NCBI GenBank assembly: GCA_963758525.1
Contig: CAVWVQ010000003.1
Coordinates: forward strand, 2,176,001-2,240,000
Reading direction: 5' to 3'
Source: an uncultured Phycisphaerales bacterium
Lineage (GTDB): Bacteria; Planctomycetota; Phycisphaerae; Tepidisphaerales; Tepidisphaeraceae
Length of the DNA stretch: 64,000 nt
Below the pieces are notes generated by a model. It had not been told where the DNA came from. It did not search any database and worked only from the letters and a program-made list of their open reading frames with translations. The position numbers were made by a program, and so were the translations under genes. Below, piece by piece: positions 44,050-53,664 of the stretch (the stretch's first letter is position 1; every line of letters begins with the position of its first letter).

Positions 44050-45665
44050 AGTTGCTCTTGATGGCTCGACTGTTGTTGGCTGGGTTTCTGCGCGGTCAAC
44101 GCCTGCGGGCCCGTGAGAACCGGCACGGACGCGATGCCGATCGACCTCTGGCTATGCACATTCATGATGCGTTCCAACGGATTGCGGATCGGGCCCACAA
44201 TGAGATTTGGGCAGACGCCCAGCACGACGACCGCGATCGCCAGCGGAATGAGGATTCCGATTTCGCGAGGGTTCAGATCGCCGCTGACATGATCCGCCTT
44301 GGCATGCGCGGGATGGGCGGCGTCGTGTCCGTCTCCGGGAAACTTCAACGGCCCGAAGATCACGCGGGCGGCCATGTGCAGCATGTAGACCGCGCCGAGA
44401 ATCACGCCCAGTGCGGCGAAGACTCCGTAGCCGATTCCCAGATGCTGAGAGGTAAAGGCGCCCAGGATCGTCAGAAATTCGCTCCAAAACCCGTTCAGCC
44501 CGGGAAGCCCGATGCTGGCGAGCGTGAAGAAGATAAAGAAGAAGGCGAAGATCGGCATTTTCTTGCCGAGCCCTGAGAGCTGGTTGATGTCGCGCGTGTG
44601 AAACCGCTCGTAGACCATGCCGATCACCAGGAACATCGCCCCGGTCGAGAGGCCGTGATTGATCATGTAGAGAACCGAGCCCTGCATGCCGATGTCGTTG
44701 AGCGCCAGCAGGCCGAGAATGCAAAAACCAAGGTGAGAAACGGAGCTGTAGGCGACCAGCTTCTTGATGTCCTGCTGCACCCAGGCGACCAGGGCGCCAT
44801 AGATAACGCCGATCACGCACAGTGCGCCCAGAAAGTGAATCAGTGCGGGGAAGACAGCCGCGCCATCGGAGGCGACGAGCCCGATCGGCAGCGCCAGGCG
44901 AAGCAGCCCGTAGGTGCCGAGCTTCAACAAAACTCCGGCCAAAATCACAGAGCCGGCCGTCGGCGCTTCGGTGTGCGCCAGCGGAAGCCAGGTATGGACG
45001 GGGAAGAGCGGGATCTTCACCGCGAACCCGGCGAGCAGCCCGAGAACGAGCCACCAGCGGGCGTGCGGGCCAATTTGCGTCTGAGCGACATGAACGATGG
45101 TATCGATATCGAAGCTTCCGGCCTTGGTGCCGAGGTAGATTGTCGCGGCAAGCGTGAAGACGCCGCCGGCGAAGGTGAAGAGGAAGAATTTTCCCGCCGC
45201 GTGGCGGCGCTCCGGGCCGCCCCAGATTCCGATGATAAAGAACATCGGCACCAGCGTCAGCTCAAAGAAGACGTAGAAGAGAAGCAGGTCGCGGGCGATG
45301 AAGACGCCGAGCATGACCACCAGCAGGGCGAGCATCCATGCGTAATATTCGCGCGTGCGATCGGTGATCGAAGTAAAGCTGGCGGCGATCGCCAGAGGGG
45401 TCAGAAAGGTTGTCAGGAGCATCAGGCAGACGCTGATGGCATCGACGCCGAGGTGGAAGCTGGCGCCGGTGCCGGCGATTTGATCGCTCGTGAATTCGGG
45501 GGCGGGGCCGTCACAGAACTGCAGCGCGACCACGCAGGAAACCAGGAAAGTGGCGACGGAGACGAACAGCGCCCACTTGCGCGCCACTTCGGGCTGGAGA
45601 ACCATCGTCACCACTGATCCGATCAGCGGCACCGCCAGAAGCATGATGAGCCAGAGATTGGACAT
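44046..45665 (-). CDS. nuoM: NADH-quinone oxidoreductase subunit M
   Basis: FYVFFE, KIPLFPVHTWLPLAHTEAPTAGS, LLKLGTYG, KKLVAYSSVSH. Confidence 0.95.
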   Translation of the reverse strand: MSNLWLIMLLAVPLIGSVVTMVLQPEVARKWALFVSVATFLVSCVVALQFCDGPAPEFTSDQIAGTGASFHLGVDAISVCLMLLTTFLTPLAIAASFTSITDRTREYYAWMLALLVVMLGVFIARDLLLFYVFFELTLVPMFFIIGIWGGPERRHAAGKFFLFTFAGGVFTLAATIYLGTKAGSFDIDTIVHVAQTQIGPHARWWLVLGLLAGFAVKIPLFPVHTWLPLAHTEAPTAGSVILAGVLLKLGTYGLLRLALPIGLVASDGAAVFPALIHFLGALCVIGVIYGALVAWVQQDIKKLVAYSSVSHLGFCILGLLALNDIGMQGSVLYMINHGLSTGAMFLVIGMVYERFHTRDINQLSGLGKKMPIFAFFFIFFTLASIGLPGLNGFWSEFLTILGAFTSQHLGIGYGVFAALGVILGAVYMLHMAARVIFGPLKFPGDGHDAAHPAHAKADHVSGDLNPREIGILIPLAIAVVVLGVCPNLIVGPIRNPLERIMNVHSQRSIGIASVPVLTGPQALTAQKPSQQQSSHQEQL

Positions 45666-45675
45666 GATTCGGGGG

Positions 45676-47880
45676 TTACCTCATGAAGATCAGAATGAGA
45701 ATGACGGCGACGCCCAGAAGCATTGCGGCGGCGTATCCCTGCAGATAGCCGCGCTGCACTGTCTGGCTGAGAAGAAAGCCGAAGACCTGCGGCACATATC
45801 CCACGATGCGGACGATGCCGTCGACCACGGTGCGATCGATCACGAAGAGAATTCGTCCCAGAAGCCGCAACGGCTCAACGATCATCGACTGATAGATTTC
45901 GTCAACGAAGAACTTGTTCTCAATCAGGCCGGTGAGCGGTTGCAAGCCCGCGGCGATGCGTTCGGCCGCGAGGCGATCCCGCAGATGAAGCATGTATGCC
46001 AGGGCGATTCCCACGAGCGAAATGATTCCGCTGAGGATCATGAGGCCGTGGTTTGAAGCGTGTTCCAAGCCTTCCGTTTCCACATGACCAAAATTGGCGG
46101 CTGGCATCGTCGTCAGCTTCCAGGCGAGATCGAACGAGGGGCTGCGGCCCAGGAAATTGCCCAGGGCGTCATGCATGTTGAAGAAGCCGCCCAAGGCCGC
46201 GCCCAGGGCGAGAATGATCAAGGGAAGAATCATGACCCAGGGCTCGTGGTTGTGATGATGATCATCGTGACCATGAGCCGGCGCGTGGGTGGTCTGGCCG
46301 GCGTCGACGCCGGAGGCTGGAGCAGTGCCGGTTGCGATTGCGGAATGGCTGGCCGCGCCGTGCTCGTGGGATTCATGGCCATGCCCGTGGGCGGGAGCGG
46401 GAGCGGCAGGAACGATCAGCGGCCCCTGAAACACGCGGAAGTAGAGACGGAACGTGTAGTACGCGGTGAGAAATGCCGTGAACAACAGCAGGCCGCCCAG
46501 AATCGGACTGCGGGCGAAGGCCGCGGCGACGATTTCATCCTTGGAGAAGAAGCCGCTCGTGAACGGGAAGCCGGCCAAAGCCGCGCAACCGATGAGGATG
46601 ACAATGTTGGTGATCGGCAGCACTTTCCTGACGCCGCTCATTTTCCGCATGTCCAGTTCGCCGGCCATCGCGTGCATGACAACGCCGGAGGAAAGGAACA
46701 GGAGGGCTTTGAAAAAGGCGTGCGTCACCAGATGAAACACGCCGGCCACCGGGGCGAGGCATCCGACCGCGACAAACATGAATCCGAGCTGGCTGATCGT
46801 GGAATAGGCGAAAACTTTCTTCAAATCGAATTGCCGCAGGGCAATCGTCGCGGCGAGCAGCGCGGTAAAGCATCCGATGACCGCGATGGTCGTCATTGCC
46901 GCGGAATTGGTGACGAAGAGCGTTCCGCAGCGTGCGATCATGTAGACGCCGGCGGTCACCATCGTGGCGGCATGGATCAATGCGCTGACGGGCGTGGGGC
47001 CTTCCATCGCGTCGGGAAGCCAGACGTAGAGGGGAAACTGTGCCGACTTGCCAAACGCGCCGACCATCAGCAGGAACGGGATCCAGTGCATCGCGAGGGT
47101 TTGAAATCCGGTGGTGGCTTTGCTGCCGATGGCAAGTTCGAGCAGGCCGGTATGGGTTCCAACGCCCTGGCCGAAATAGCTGACCGTGCCGAAGGCCAGG
47201 AAGCTGAGCATGATGCCCAGGCCGAATCCGAAGTCGCCGATCCTGTTGACGAGAAAGGCTTTTTTCGCGGCCTCGCGCGCGGCAGGCTTTTCGTAGTAGT
47301 AGCCGATCAGCAGATACGAGCAGAGACCGACGCCTTCCCATCCGAGATAGAGCATGATGAGGTTGTCGCCCATCACCAGGATCGTCATCGCGAATATGAA
47401 CAAACCGAGGTAGGCGAAGAATCGCCAATACCCGCTCTCGCCGGTCATGTACCCCTTGGCGAAGACCGTAATGAGAAAGCCGATGCAGGTGATCACGCAG
47501 AGCATGATCGCGGTGAGCGGATCGATGAAGCAGCCGGCTGCAACATGCAGGCTCGCGGTCGGATTGCCGATCACCACCTGCGGATGAGTGCGCGTTCCCT
47601 CGTTGTTCGCATCGCCGGCCTGGATCCACGTGAACCATTCAACGCTCGTTGCCAGCGGATAAGCAGAGGACCGACTGTCGGCGATGGTCGAATCAGCCCG
47701 CATGGTCATGCCGCAGAGCAGCGACAGCGACAACAGTGCGCTCAAGCCGACGCCGATCCAGATGGGCCAGTGTGAATCTTCTTTGAGCTGATGTGCGCCA
47801 AACAGCCCGGCGACGCATGCGCCGATCAGCGGCAGCAGCGGAATCAGCCAGGCATGTTGGACGGGAAAAAGATGGTCCAT
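45676..47880 (-). CDS. nuoL: NADH-quinone oxidoreductase subunit L
   Basis: GWEGVGLCSY, NRIGD, GKSAQFPLYVWLPDAMEGPTPVSALIHAATMV. Confidence 0.95.
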   Translation of the reverse strand: MDHLFPVQHAWLIPLLPLIGACVAGLFGAHQLKEDSHWPIWIGVGLSALLSLSLLCGMTMRADSTIADSRSSAYPLATSVEWFTWIQAGDANNEGTRTHPQVVIGNPTASLHVAAGCFIDPLTAIMLCVITCIGFLITVFAKGYMTGESGYWRFFAYLGLFIFAMTILVMGDNLIMLYLGWEGVGLCSYLLIGYYYEKPAAREAAKKAFLVNRIGDFGFGLGIMLSFLAFGTVSYFGQGVGTHTGLLELAIGSKATTGFQTLAMHWIPFLLMVGAFGKSAQFPLYVWLPDAMEGPTPVSALIHAATMVTAGVYMIARCGTLFVTNSAAMTTIAVIGCFTALLAATIALRQFDLKKVFAYSTISQLGFMFVAVGCLAPVAGVFHLVTHAFFKALLFLSSGVVMHAMAGELDMRKMSGVRKVLPITNIVILIGCAALAGFPFTSGFFSKDEIVAAAFARSPILGGLLLFTAFLTAYYTFRLYFRVFQGPLIVPAAPAPAHGHGHESHEHGAASHSAIATGTAPASGVDAGQTTHAPAHGHDDHHHNHEPWVMILPLIILALGAALGGFFNMHDALGNFLGRSPSFDLAWKLTTMPAANFGHVETEGLEHASNHGLMILSGIISLVGIALAYMLHLRDRLAAERIAAGLQPLTGLIENKFFVDEIYQSMIVEPLRLLGRILFVIDRTVVDGIVRIVGYVPQVFGFLLSQTVQRGYLQGYAAAMLLGVAVILILIFMR

Positions 47881-47881
47881 T

Positions 47882-48190
47882 CTACCCTTTCAAATCCCGC
47901 CAGGCGTCGGCGTCGAGCGTGTTGCGTTGACGGAACAGCAGAATGACCAGTCCGAGCGCCAACGATGCCTCAGAGGCTGCGATCACCAATACAAAGATGA
48001 CAAATGCCTGTCCGGCCAGATTCCCGTGATAATGCCCGAAAGCAATCAGATTGATGGCAACGCCTTGAAACATGAGTTCCGTGCAGAGGAACATGACGAT
48101 GAGGTTTCGCCGGGTCATGAAGCCGATCAGCCCGATCGCAAACATGATCGCGCCGACGGCCAGAAAATGTTCGAGTGTGAGAGGAGTCAT
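47882..48190 (-). CDS. nuoK: NADH-quinone oxidoreductase subunit K
   Basis: RRNLIVMFLCTELM, IAASEASLAL. Confidence 0.93.
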   Translation of the reverse strand: MTPLTLEHFLAVGAIMFAIGLIGFMTRRNLIVMFLCTELMFQGVAINLIAFGHYHGNLAGQAFVIFVLVIAASEASLALGLVILLFRQRNTLDADAWRDLKG

Positions 48191-48240
48191 TGGCGAAATC
48201 CGCCGGTGCTTTGCCAAACGAAGCGTTTGGAACCGCGGTC

Positions 48241-49212
48241 TTAGGTTTCGGGATATTCCTTTTGTCTGGGATTCATCGTTCCATAAACAGGAATGCTGTG
48301 CGGATCGTCATTGATCGGCGTGGCACTGGCCGTCACCATTTCCGGCTCGGTCGCGGGCAGCGGCTCAGCAAGATAAATCCGTCGGCGTGCGATCAAAATC
48401 GCCCCGACCATACTGACGGTGAGGATCATTCCCGCCAGTTCAAGATTTACCAGTTGATCGCGGAACAAATAAACCCCCAGCTCTTGTGTGTTGCCCGCGT
48501 TCAGAATCCCGCCGATGTCCTTCGCGCTGGCAGGTTCGCCCGCAGCGACATGACCCGCCCGGTCGAGGGGCGGAATCAGCCCGTTTGCCCGATCGAATAT
48601 CACGAACAGCAACATGCCCATGATTGCAAAGCCAACCGCACAAGCCACGAGCGGCTCACGACTTACGGCATCGTACTCGGTCATGCGGGCGGCGGCGGAC
48701 TCGCCGGGGGCACTGGCCTGCGAGGCGAGCATAATGACAAAGACGTACGTCACCAGAATCGCCCCGGCGTAGATCAATACTAATGCCGCTGCCATGAATT
48801 CGGCCCACAGCAGGATGAACAGTCCGGAGGTCGCGAAAACCGTCAATACAAAGTAGAGGGCCGAGTAGACCGGCCGGGGATGAGTGACGACGCGGGCGGC
48901 GCCGAAAAGTGCAATGATCGAGAAAATCCAGAAGTACAGGTTCATGTACTGGCCGTCGGCGGCGCCGACGCGGACGAGCAGCACGGCGAAAATCAAACCG
49001 CAGGTCAGCAGCGCGGCTCCGCCTAACCGGCGAAGCGAAACGTCACGACCCGGCAACAACAAAACCGTCGCGATGCCCGCGATGACGCACAGAGCAAGAA
49101 TAATTCCCGGAGAGACGGGGAGATCCGTGCCGACGACCGCGAGTGGCGCGACCGACGATCCAGTCGGGGACGGCAAGGCGAGGCCGGCGGCGAGTGAGAT
49201 CGAACCGAGCAT
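48241..49212 (-). CDS. nuoJ: NADH-quinone oxidoreductase subunit J with N-terminal extension
   Basis: PVYSALYF, AEFMAAALVLIYAGAILVTYVFVIML, ELAGMILTVSMVGAI. Confidence 0.9.
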   Translation of the reverse strand: MLGSISLAAGLALPSPTGSSVAPLAVVGTDLPVSPGIILALCVIAGIATVLLLPGRDVSLRRLGGAALLTCGLIFAVLLVRVGAADGQYMNLYFWIFSIIALFGAARVVTHPRPVYSALYFVLTVFATSGLFILLWAEFMAAALVLIYAGAILVTYVFVIMLASQASAPGESAAARMTEYDAVSREPLVACAVGFAIMGMLLFVIFDRANGLIPPLDRAGHVAAGEPASAKDIGGILNAGNTQELGVYLFRDQLVNLELAGMILTVSMVGAILIARRRIYLAEPLPATEPEMVTASATPINDDPHSIPVYGTMNPRQKEYPET

Positions 49213-49427
49213 GATTTTCACAGCGGACCGGGCGGCTGGAGTCGAAAGAGCACCGACCCACCCGGGCCGAGAGCTGCATCCGCCGATGAACGCGGCAGAG
49301 TCTAAAAGCGTCTGGTGGGGTTTGCAAGAAGCGAGGGGTGTTTTCAATCAGCAGCGAAATCACAAGCCCGTCTTAAACTGCTGACACGAGGCAGCGACAG
49401 ACGGCGCAATTCGATATGACGCGGCGG

Positions 49428-50498
49428 CTACGCTGGGATGACTGGGTTCTCCACGGCGCGCTTCGCCCTGATCGCGGGCGCGATCTGCATCGCTGGCGGC
49501 GGAATCTCCACGTCCAGGGCCGTGCTCACCAATACGCGGTTTGCCGGACGGAGAACATACTTCTTGAGCAGCTTGACCGGCCGATAGCTCCTCTTCGTCC
49601 AGGCGAGCGTCGGCAGGCCCCAATCGTCGCCCACATTCACCAGGGGTCGGCTGCTCCAGCAATCGCGGCAAAACTCGCTGAAAATAAACTGGGCGAGCCC
49701 CTTGGTCTGCAGATCGGTTTTCTCGATCGTGATGCTGCTCTGATGGGCGCCCAGCGGTTCGCCGAAGGTGAAGCCGCGCAGGGACCAGGGGTTGTCCGAG
49801 CCGGGCTCGCGGACGTAGATGACCAGGCCGGCGAGGCCCAGTTGCTCCGCATGACGCAAGCAGAGGCTCGTTGCGATCGATTCCTTGTCGCGCTTCACCG
49901 AGGCAATGCCGGGGTCCTCCAGATGCTGCGCGTCCTGGTGAATCTTCCAGTCATCCAGCAGTGCGTCACAACCGATCAGGTGATCTGCCGCGCGGTAGGG
50001 CTCGACGCGATGATCGTAGAGGCGCAGAAAGCGATTCTTCGCCTGTCGCTTGCTCGCAAGGTCGCTGCCGGCCAGGTCGATCATGCGGTCAACGTCGTAG
50101 ACATAATCCGCGCCCATCGGCTCGACGACCAGCTTGCGTTGATCGAAGCGGGCCAGCAGTTCTTCACTGGCGTATTCGACGCGCGTGCGATGCGGCACGC
50201 CGCGGGCGACGTTGTACTGATCCATCAGTTGCACGGCCTGCCCGAGCGCGGCATCTCCGCCGGTGTCACCGATGGGAGGCATCAGGAGCGTGAGATCGCC
50301 GCAGCCGTTGGCAAAGACGCACAGATGCCCGTCCATCTGCTTCCAGAGGATGCGCAGCGAATTGCGCCAGGTGAAGAGTTGCGAGAATGTGTAGTCCGAG
50401 AGGGGCTGGGAGAGAGAGGCGAAGAACGGATCAAGCACAGCCCGATCGGCCAGTTCCACCGGCCGCAGGCCCCAACCCGAATAAGGGTCATCGTCCAT
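49428..50498 (-). CDS. Stand-alone DUF2156 (MprF C-terminal-like, aminoacyl-tRNA-dependent transferase fold) protein
   Basis: SDYTFSQLFTW, DYVY, KRQAKNRF, GFTFGE, IEKTD, VNVGDDWGLPTLAWTKRSYRP. Confidence 0.85.
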   Translation of the reverse strand: MDDDPYSGWGLRPVELADRAVLDPFFASLSQPLSDYTFSQLFTWRNSLRILWKQMDGHLCVFANGCGDLTLLMPPIGDTGGDAALGQAVQLMDQYNVARGVPHRTRVEYASEELLARFDQRKLVVEPMGADYVYDVDRMIDLAGSDLASKRQAKNRFLRLYDHRVEPYRAADHLIGCDALLDDWKIHQDAQHLEDPGIASVKRDKESIATSLCLRHAEQLGLAGLVIYVREPGSDNPWSLRGFTFGEPLGAHQSSITIEKTDLQTKGLAQFIFSEFCRDCWSSRPLVNVGDDWGLPTLAWTKRSYRPVKLLKKYVLRPANRVLVSTALDVEIPPPAMQIAPAIRAKRAVENPVIPA

Positions 50499-52308
50499 AA
50501 AATTGACGGATTCCTCCAGATGAACCGTGCTGCATGGCGGCAGTTGCCATTGGTGAGCCGCCGCCTGCAAGTCGCATTTCCGCTTCCATGGGGTTAGTTA
50601 TCGGGTAGGTCGTGTTCGCATCGTGAGCAGGAGTGTCCAAGTCCCTGCGGACAAACAAGATCGCGTCCCCCGAATGGCAACTTTCCCGCCAGTCCTTCGA
50701 CATCTTCACGCGCGGCAGCAGAGCGGAGTGGTAGGTCATGTCCAGGAGAAGGTAATGAACGTTATAGCGATCCAGCACCTGCCGCCATCGGGGATCTCCC
50801 GATGTTATCTCGCAGTAGTCGCGCCACGCCTGTTCGGAAGCGAGTTCGATATGGCCGTCGATGAAAAGACGCCGCCGAGGTCCGATGCGCCAGTCGAGAT
50901 ACTGGCACCACTCCATTCGAGAAAAGATGACGCCGCTGCTGTTCGGCCTCGAAGCAAGCCCGGCGCGCGCTATCGTCTCTAAATCAGTTTCCGTACGATG
51001 CGGTGAGCGAACCGTCATAAACAGGGGATTGATCCGCTCGAAGCACGGAAGACTCCAGACGCAGAGGATCAGCAGCACCGCGCAAGTCGAGCTGCTCATC
51101 CAACCGCCCACAGCTGATAGTCCTTGCTCAAAGTCGGGTTCAACTGAATCGATCAGCGATGCGACGATCGGGGCGGCGATGATCCCCCACCAGATCACCA
51201 TGCGGGCAGAATGAAAGGCCAGCGGGAGAAAGACGAGGATCAGCAGCGCGTCGCGGGTTGTCGGTCGGCGACGCTTGGAACAATAGAGCCCGCCGACGAG
51301 CAATGCCGACAGTGCGAGCGCTTGCCCGATCCACTGATCCATGCGCGGCGGCATCCATTCCTCAACGTGACGCGGCATCACAATCGCGGTCAGCGAAAAC
51401 GCATATTGATAGACTCGCCAGCCGTAGGGATTGATGAGCGTTGCGAGAGTGCTGAGCACGAGACTGACAACGAGCAATTGCGCAGCGTTCGCGACGGCAC
51501 GACCTCTGAAGACGTCAACCAACGCGGCAACCGCGAACACGCCAATCAGCGCCAGCCCGATGACGAATCCGCCGTGGAGATTCGCCCAGAGCAGTAGAAT
51601 GAGAGGTGGGTAGATCAGCAGCGGTGTGTGGATCGCGTTGATGATCGCTTGGCGAGACGGGTTGAGGACGCCGGGTGACTTACCCCCTCTCCCGGTACTC
51701 CGGGAGAGGGCGGGGGTGAGGGTGATTTGGATCGTCGTGCGCACTTGGTGCTCGAAATCACCCTCACCCCGGCCCTCTCCCGGTGTACGGGGTGAGGGGG
51801 TAAGAGAGTGGTGCTTCAAATCAGTCGTGCGTTCGTTTCTGAGAATGCCGTAGAGAAGCACAAAGAGAAGCATGGAAAACGTCTGCGGGCGAATCAGGAA
51901 CGTTTGCCAGGCGACGAGAAACGTAAAGACTCCGCCAGCAGCGGCGCTGCGCCATGACGTTCCGCCGCGATAACAAAGCCTGACCAGCAGCCACAACGCG
52001 GCTGCCAGCGCCAGAGCGTTTAATGTCTGCACAAGCGATAGGCCGCCCCAGGCGAAGAGGCGAGAATAAACGACTTGGCTGATCCAATTCGCGTCGAGGA
52101 CGTTTGCGCCGGCGATGGTGAAATGGTCGGCGGTGATGATGCGGCCGGTGCGAATGATCTCTTCGCCGCGGGCGAGATGCATCCAGAAGTCGGTTTGGAA
52201 CTGCCGGTCCAGGCAGGCAACGATGAACACCAGCGCCGGCGCGAGGAGTTGCCGGACGGTCTGCTGCGTGGGGAGCCAGCACCGAAGTTGATCGTGAGGC
52301 TGATTCAT
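50488..52308 (-). CDS. GT-C-like membrane protein carrying an in-frame palindromic insertion
   Basis: TDFWMHLARG, RPQTFS, LWANLHGGF, INPYG, EEWMPP, FIDGH; ATGA overlap with upstream gene. Confidence 0.75.
   Translation of the reverse strand: MNQPHDQLRCWLPTQQTVRQLLAPALVFIVACLDRQFQTDFWMHLARGEEIIRTGRIITADHFTIAGANVLDANWISQVVYSRLFAWGGLSLVQTLNALALAAALWLLVRLCYRGGTSWRSAAAGGVFTFLVAWQTFLIRPQTFSMLLFVLLYGILRNERTTDLKHHSLTPSPRTPGEGRGEGDFEHQVRTTIQITLTPALSRSTGRGGKSPGVLNPSRQAIINAIHTPLLIYPPLILLLWANLHGGFVIGLALIGVFAVAALVDVFRGRAVANAAQLLVVSLVLSTLATLINPYGWRVYQYAFSLTAIVMPRHVEEWMPPRMDQWIGQALALSALLVGGLYCSKRRRPTTRDALLILVFLPLAFHSARMVIWWGIIAAPIVASLIDSVEPDFEQGLSAVGGWMSSSTCAVLLILCVWSLPCFERINPLFMTVRSPHRTETDLETIARAGLASRPNSSGVIFSRMEWCQYLDWRIGPRRRLFIDGHIELASEQAWRDYCEITSGDPRWRQVLDRYNVHYLLLDMTYHSALLPRVKMSKDWRESCHSGDAILFVRRDLDTPAHDANTTYPITNPMEAEMRLAGGGSPMATAAMQHGSSGGIRQFYGR
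51679..51804. repeat. 126-bp CCCTCTCCC/GGGAGAGGG-type palindromic element inside a CDS
   Basis: About 50-bp inverted arms with 4 mismatches; length is a multiple of 3. Confidence 0.85.
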
Positions 52309-53655
52309 GCGGCCAGTGCCGACGATGGCAGTACTGTATTGCCGCAGCGTTGCGCCGGCGTCTCGTCCGCTTTCCAACAACGGGTGATACTGATGATCGA
52401 CAGCGCGGCAAGGATTGGAACGCCGAGATTGAATCGCGTCTGACCGGCGAGCCCCGGATTGAGCTGGGTTTCAAAGAACAGCGCGATCCAGATGGCGAGC
52501 TGCCAGCGATCGAGGGGCGTTGCCCGTGGTGTTTGACGCTCGAGCCAGTCGCGGGCGAAGAAAACCGCTGGCACCGAAAGCAGCAGCAGGTCGTAATCCA
52601 TGTAATAAGGCATCAGCAGCGGCATCGAGACGATAGCCGCCCCCATAAGATTCCGCAGGCGCGGGATGGTCGAGTAAGCCGCGAACGCGCATCACGTTGA
52701 GTGCGGTTGCACCAAACGACACTGCAATGCCCGCAGCGCTGACCCCGATCAGTATTGCCGGCAATAGCGGCAGAGGCCCATTTGAATGTCCCTCGCACAA
52801 GAGCCGCCAGAAACTTTGCAATGTCACCTGTCTGCCCCAGTTGTAACTGGGGGCGTATTGGAGGGCATGCAGAATTGGCGGAAGCTTGACCAGGTAATCG
52901 CCCAACGTCCCGGGAAGCGCTAAGAGCGTCACAGCGACCAGAGCTGAGTTTGTCAGCAGAATTCCCGCGACCGCTCGCCGGCCGCCCGTGATAACCAGAA
53001 CGACCGCCAACGCCAGGGCCAACTGTGGCTTGAAGAATAGAAGGCCCGAGACGGCTCCGGTGATAAACATCGCGTTCCTCGACCAGAATGTGATCGCCAG
53101 CGACAGCAAAAAAAGGGATATGAACGTGTTTTGCTGATGCGTCATCGCCTGCCAAAAGGGCATTGACGTGCACATGAGCAGCGGCAGCAATACCGTGCGC
53201 CAGCCGAGCACCGGCAGTTGCTTGCGGAGAAGCCAAATCGATCCGGACAGCAGCGTCAGGTTGATGGCGAGAAACACTGCCGCCGCCTGGCGGTATGGGA
53301 GGGCCGAGAGTGGCGCAAAGAAAAGCGCAAAAAATGGCGGATTCAGCCAGGGGCCTCCCTGTTTCACGAGCAGCAGATCGGCGGACTTTACAATGCGCGC
53401 CTCCTCACGGTGGACCGCGTCGATGTCATACATGTCCCGCGGTCGACCCTCGTGGACAAAGGTTCCAGCAACGTAGGACGGCAGCAGGTCGTGCCCCAAC
53501 GCCAGCTTATGATCGGTTTGGTGAACCGCGACTCGTTCGATGCAGACGACGCCGATAATCATGCTTGCCATGCAAATGCCGCCGACCAGCAGCCGCTTGG
53601 CAAGACGGCCGGGCGGCGGGGCGAGTCCGAGAGCCTTTGGCTGCTGTGAGGTCAT
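52305..53655 (-). CDS. GT87/DUF2029 family glycosyltransferase (apparent frameshift near 52655)
   Basis: GHDLLPSY, WLNPPFF, QQNT, FKPQL, PLLMPYYMDYDLLLL. Confidence 0.85.
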
Positions 53656-53664
53656 GAAGATGAC

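Noticed and set aside
46060..47775. Long plus-strand ORFs opposite nuoL/nuoM (and similar antisense ORFs such as 24702..25922 and 17092..18273)
   Set aside because: Antisense shadows of GC-rich genes with no recognisable motifs
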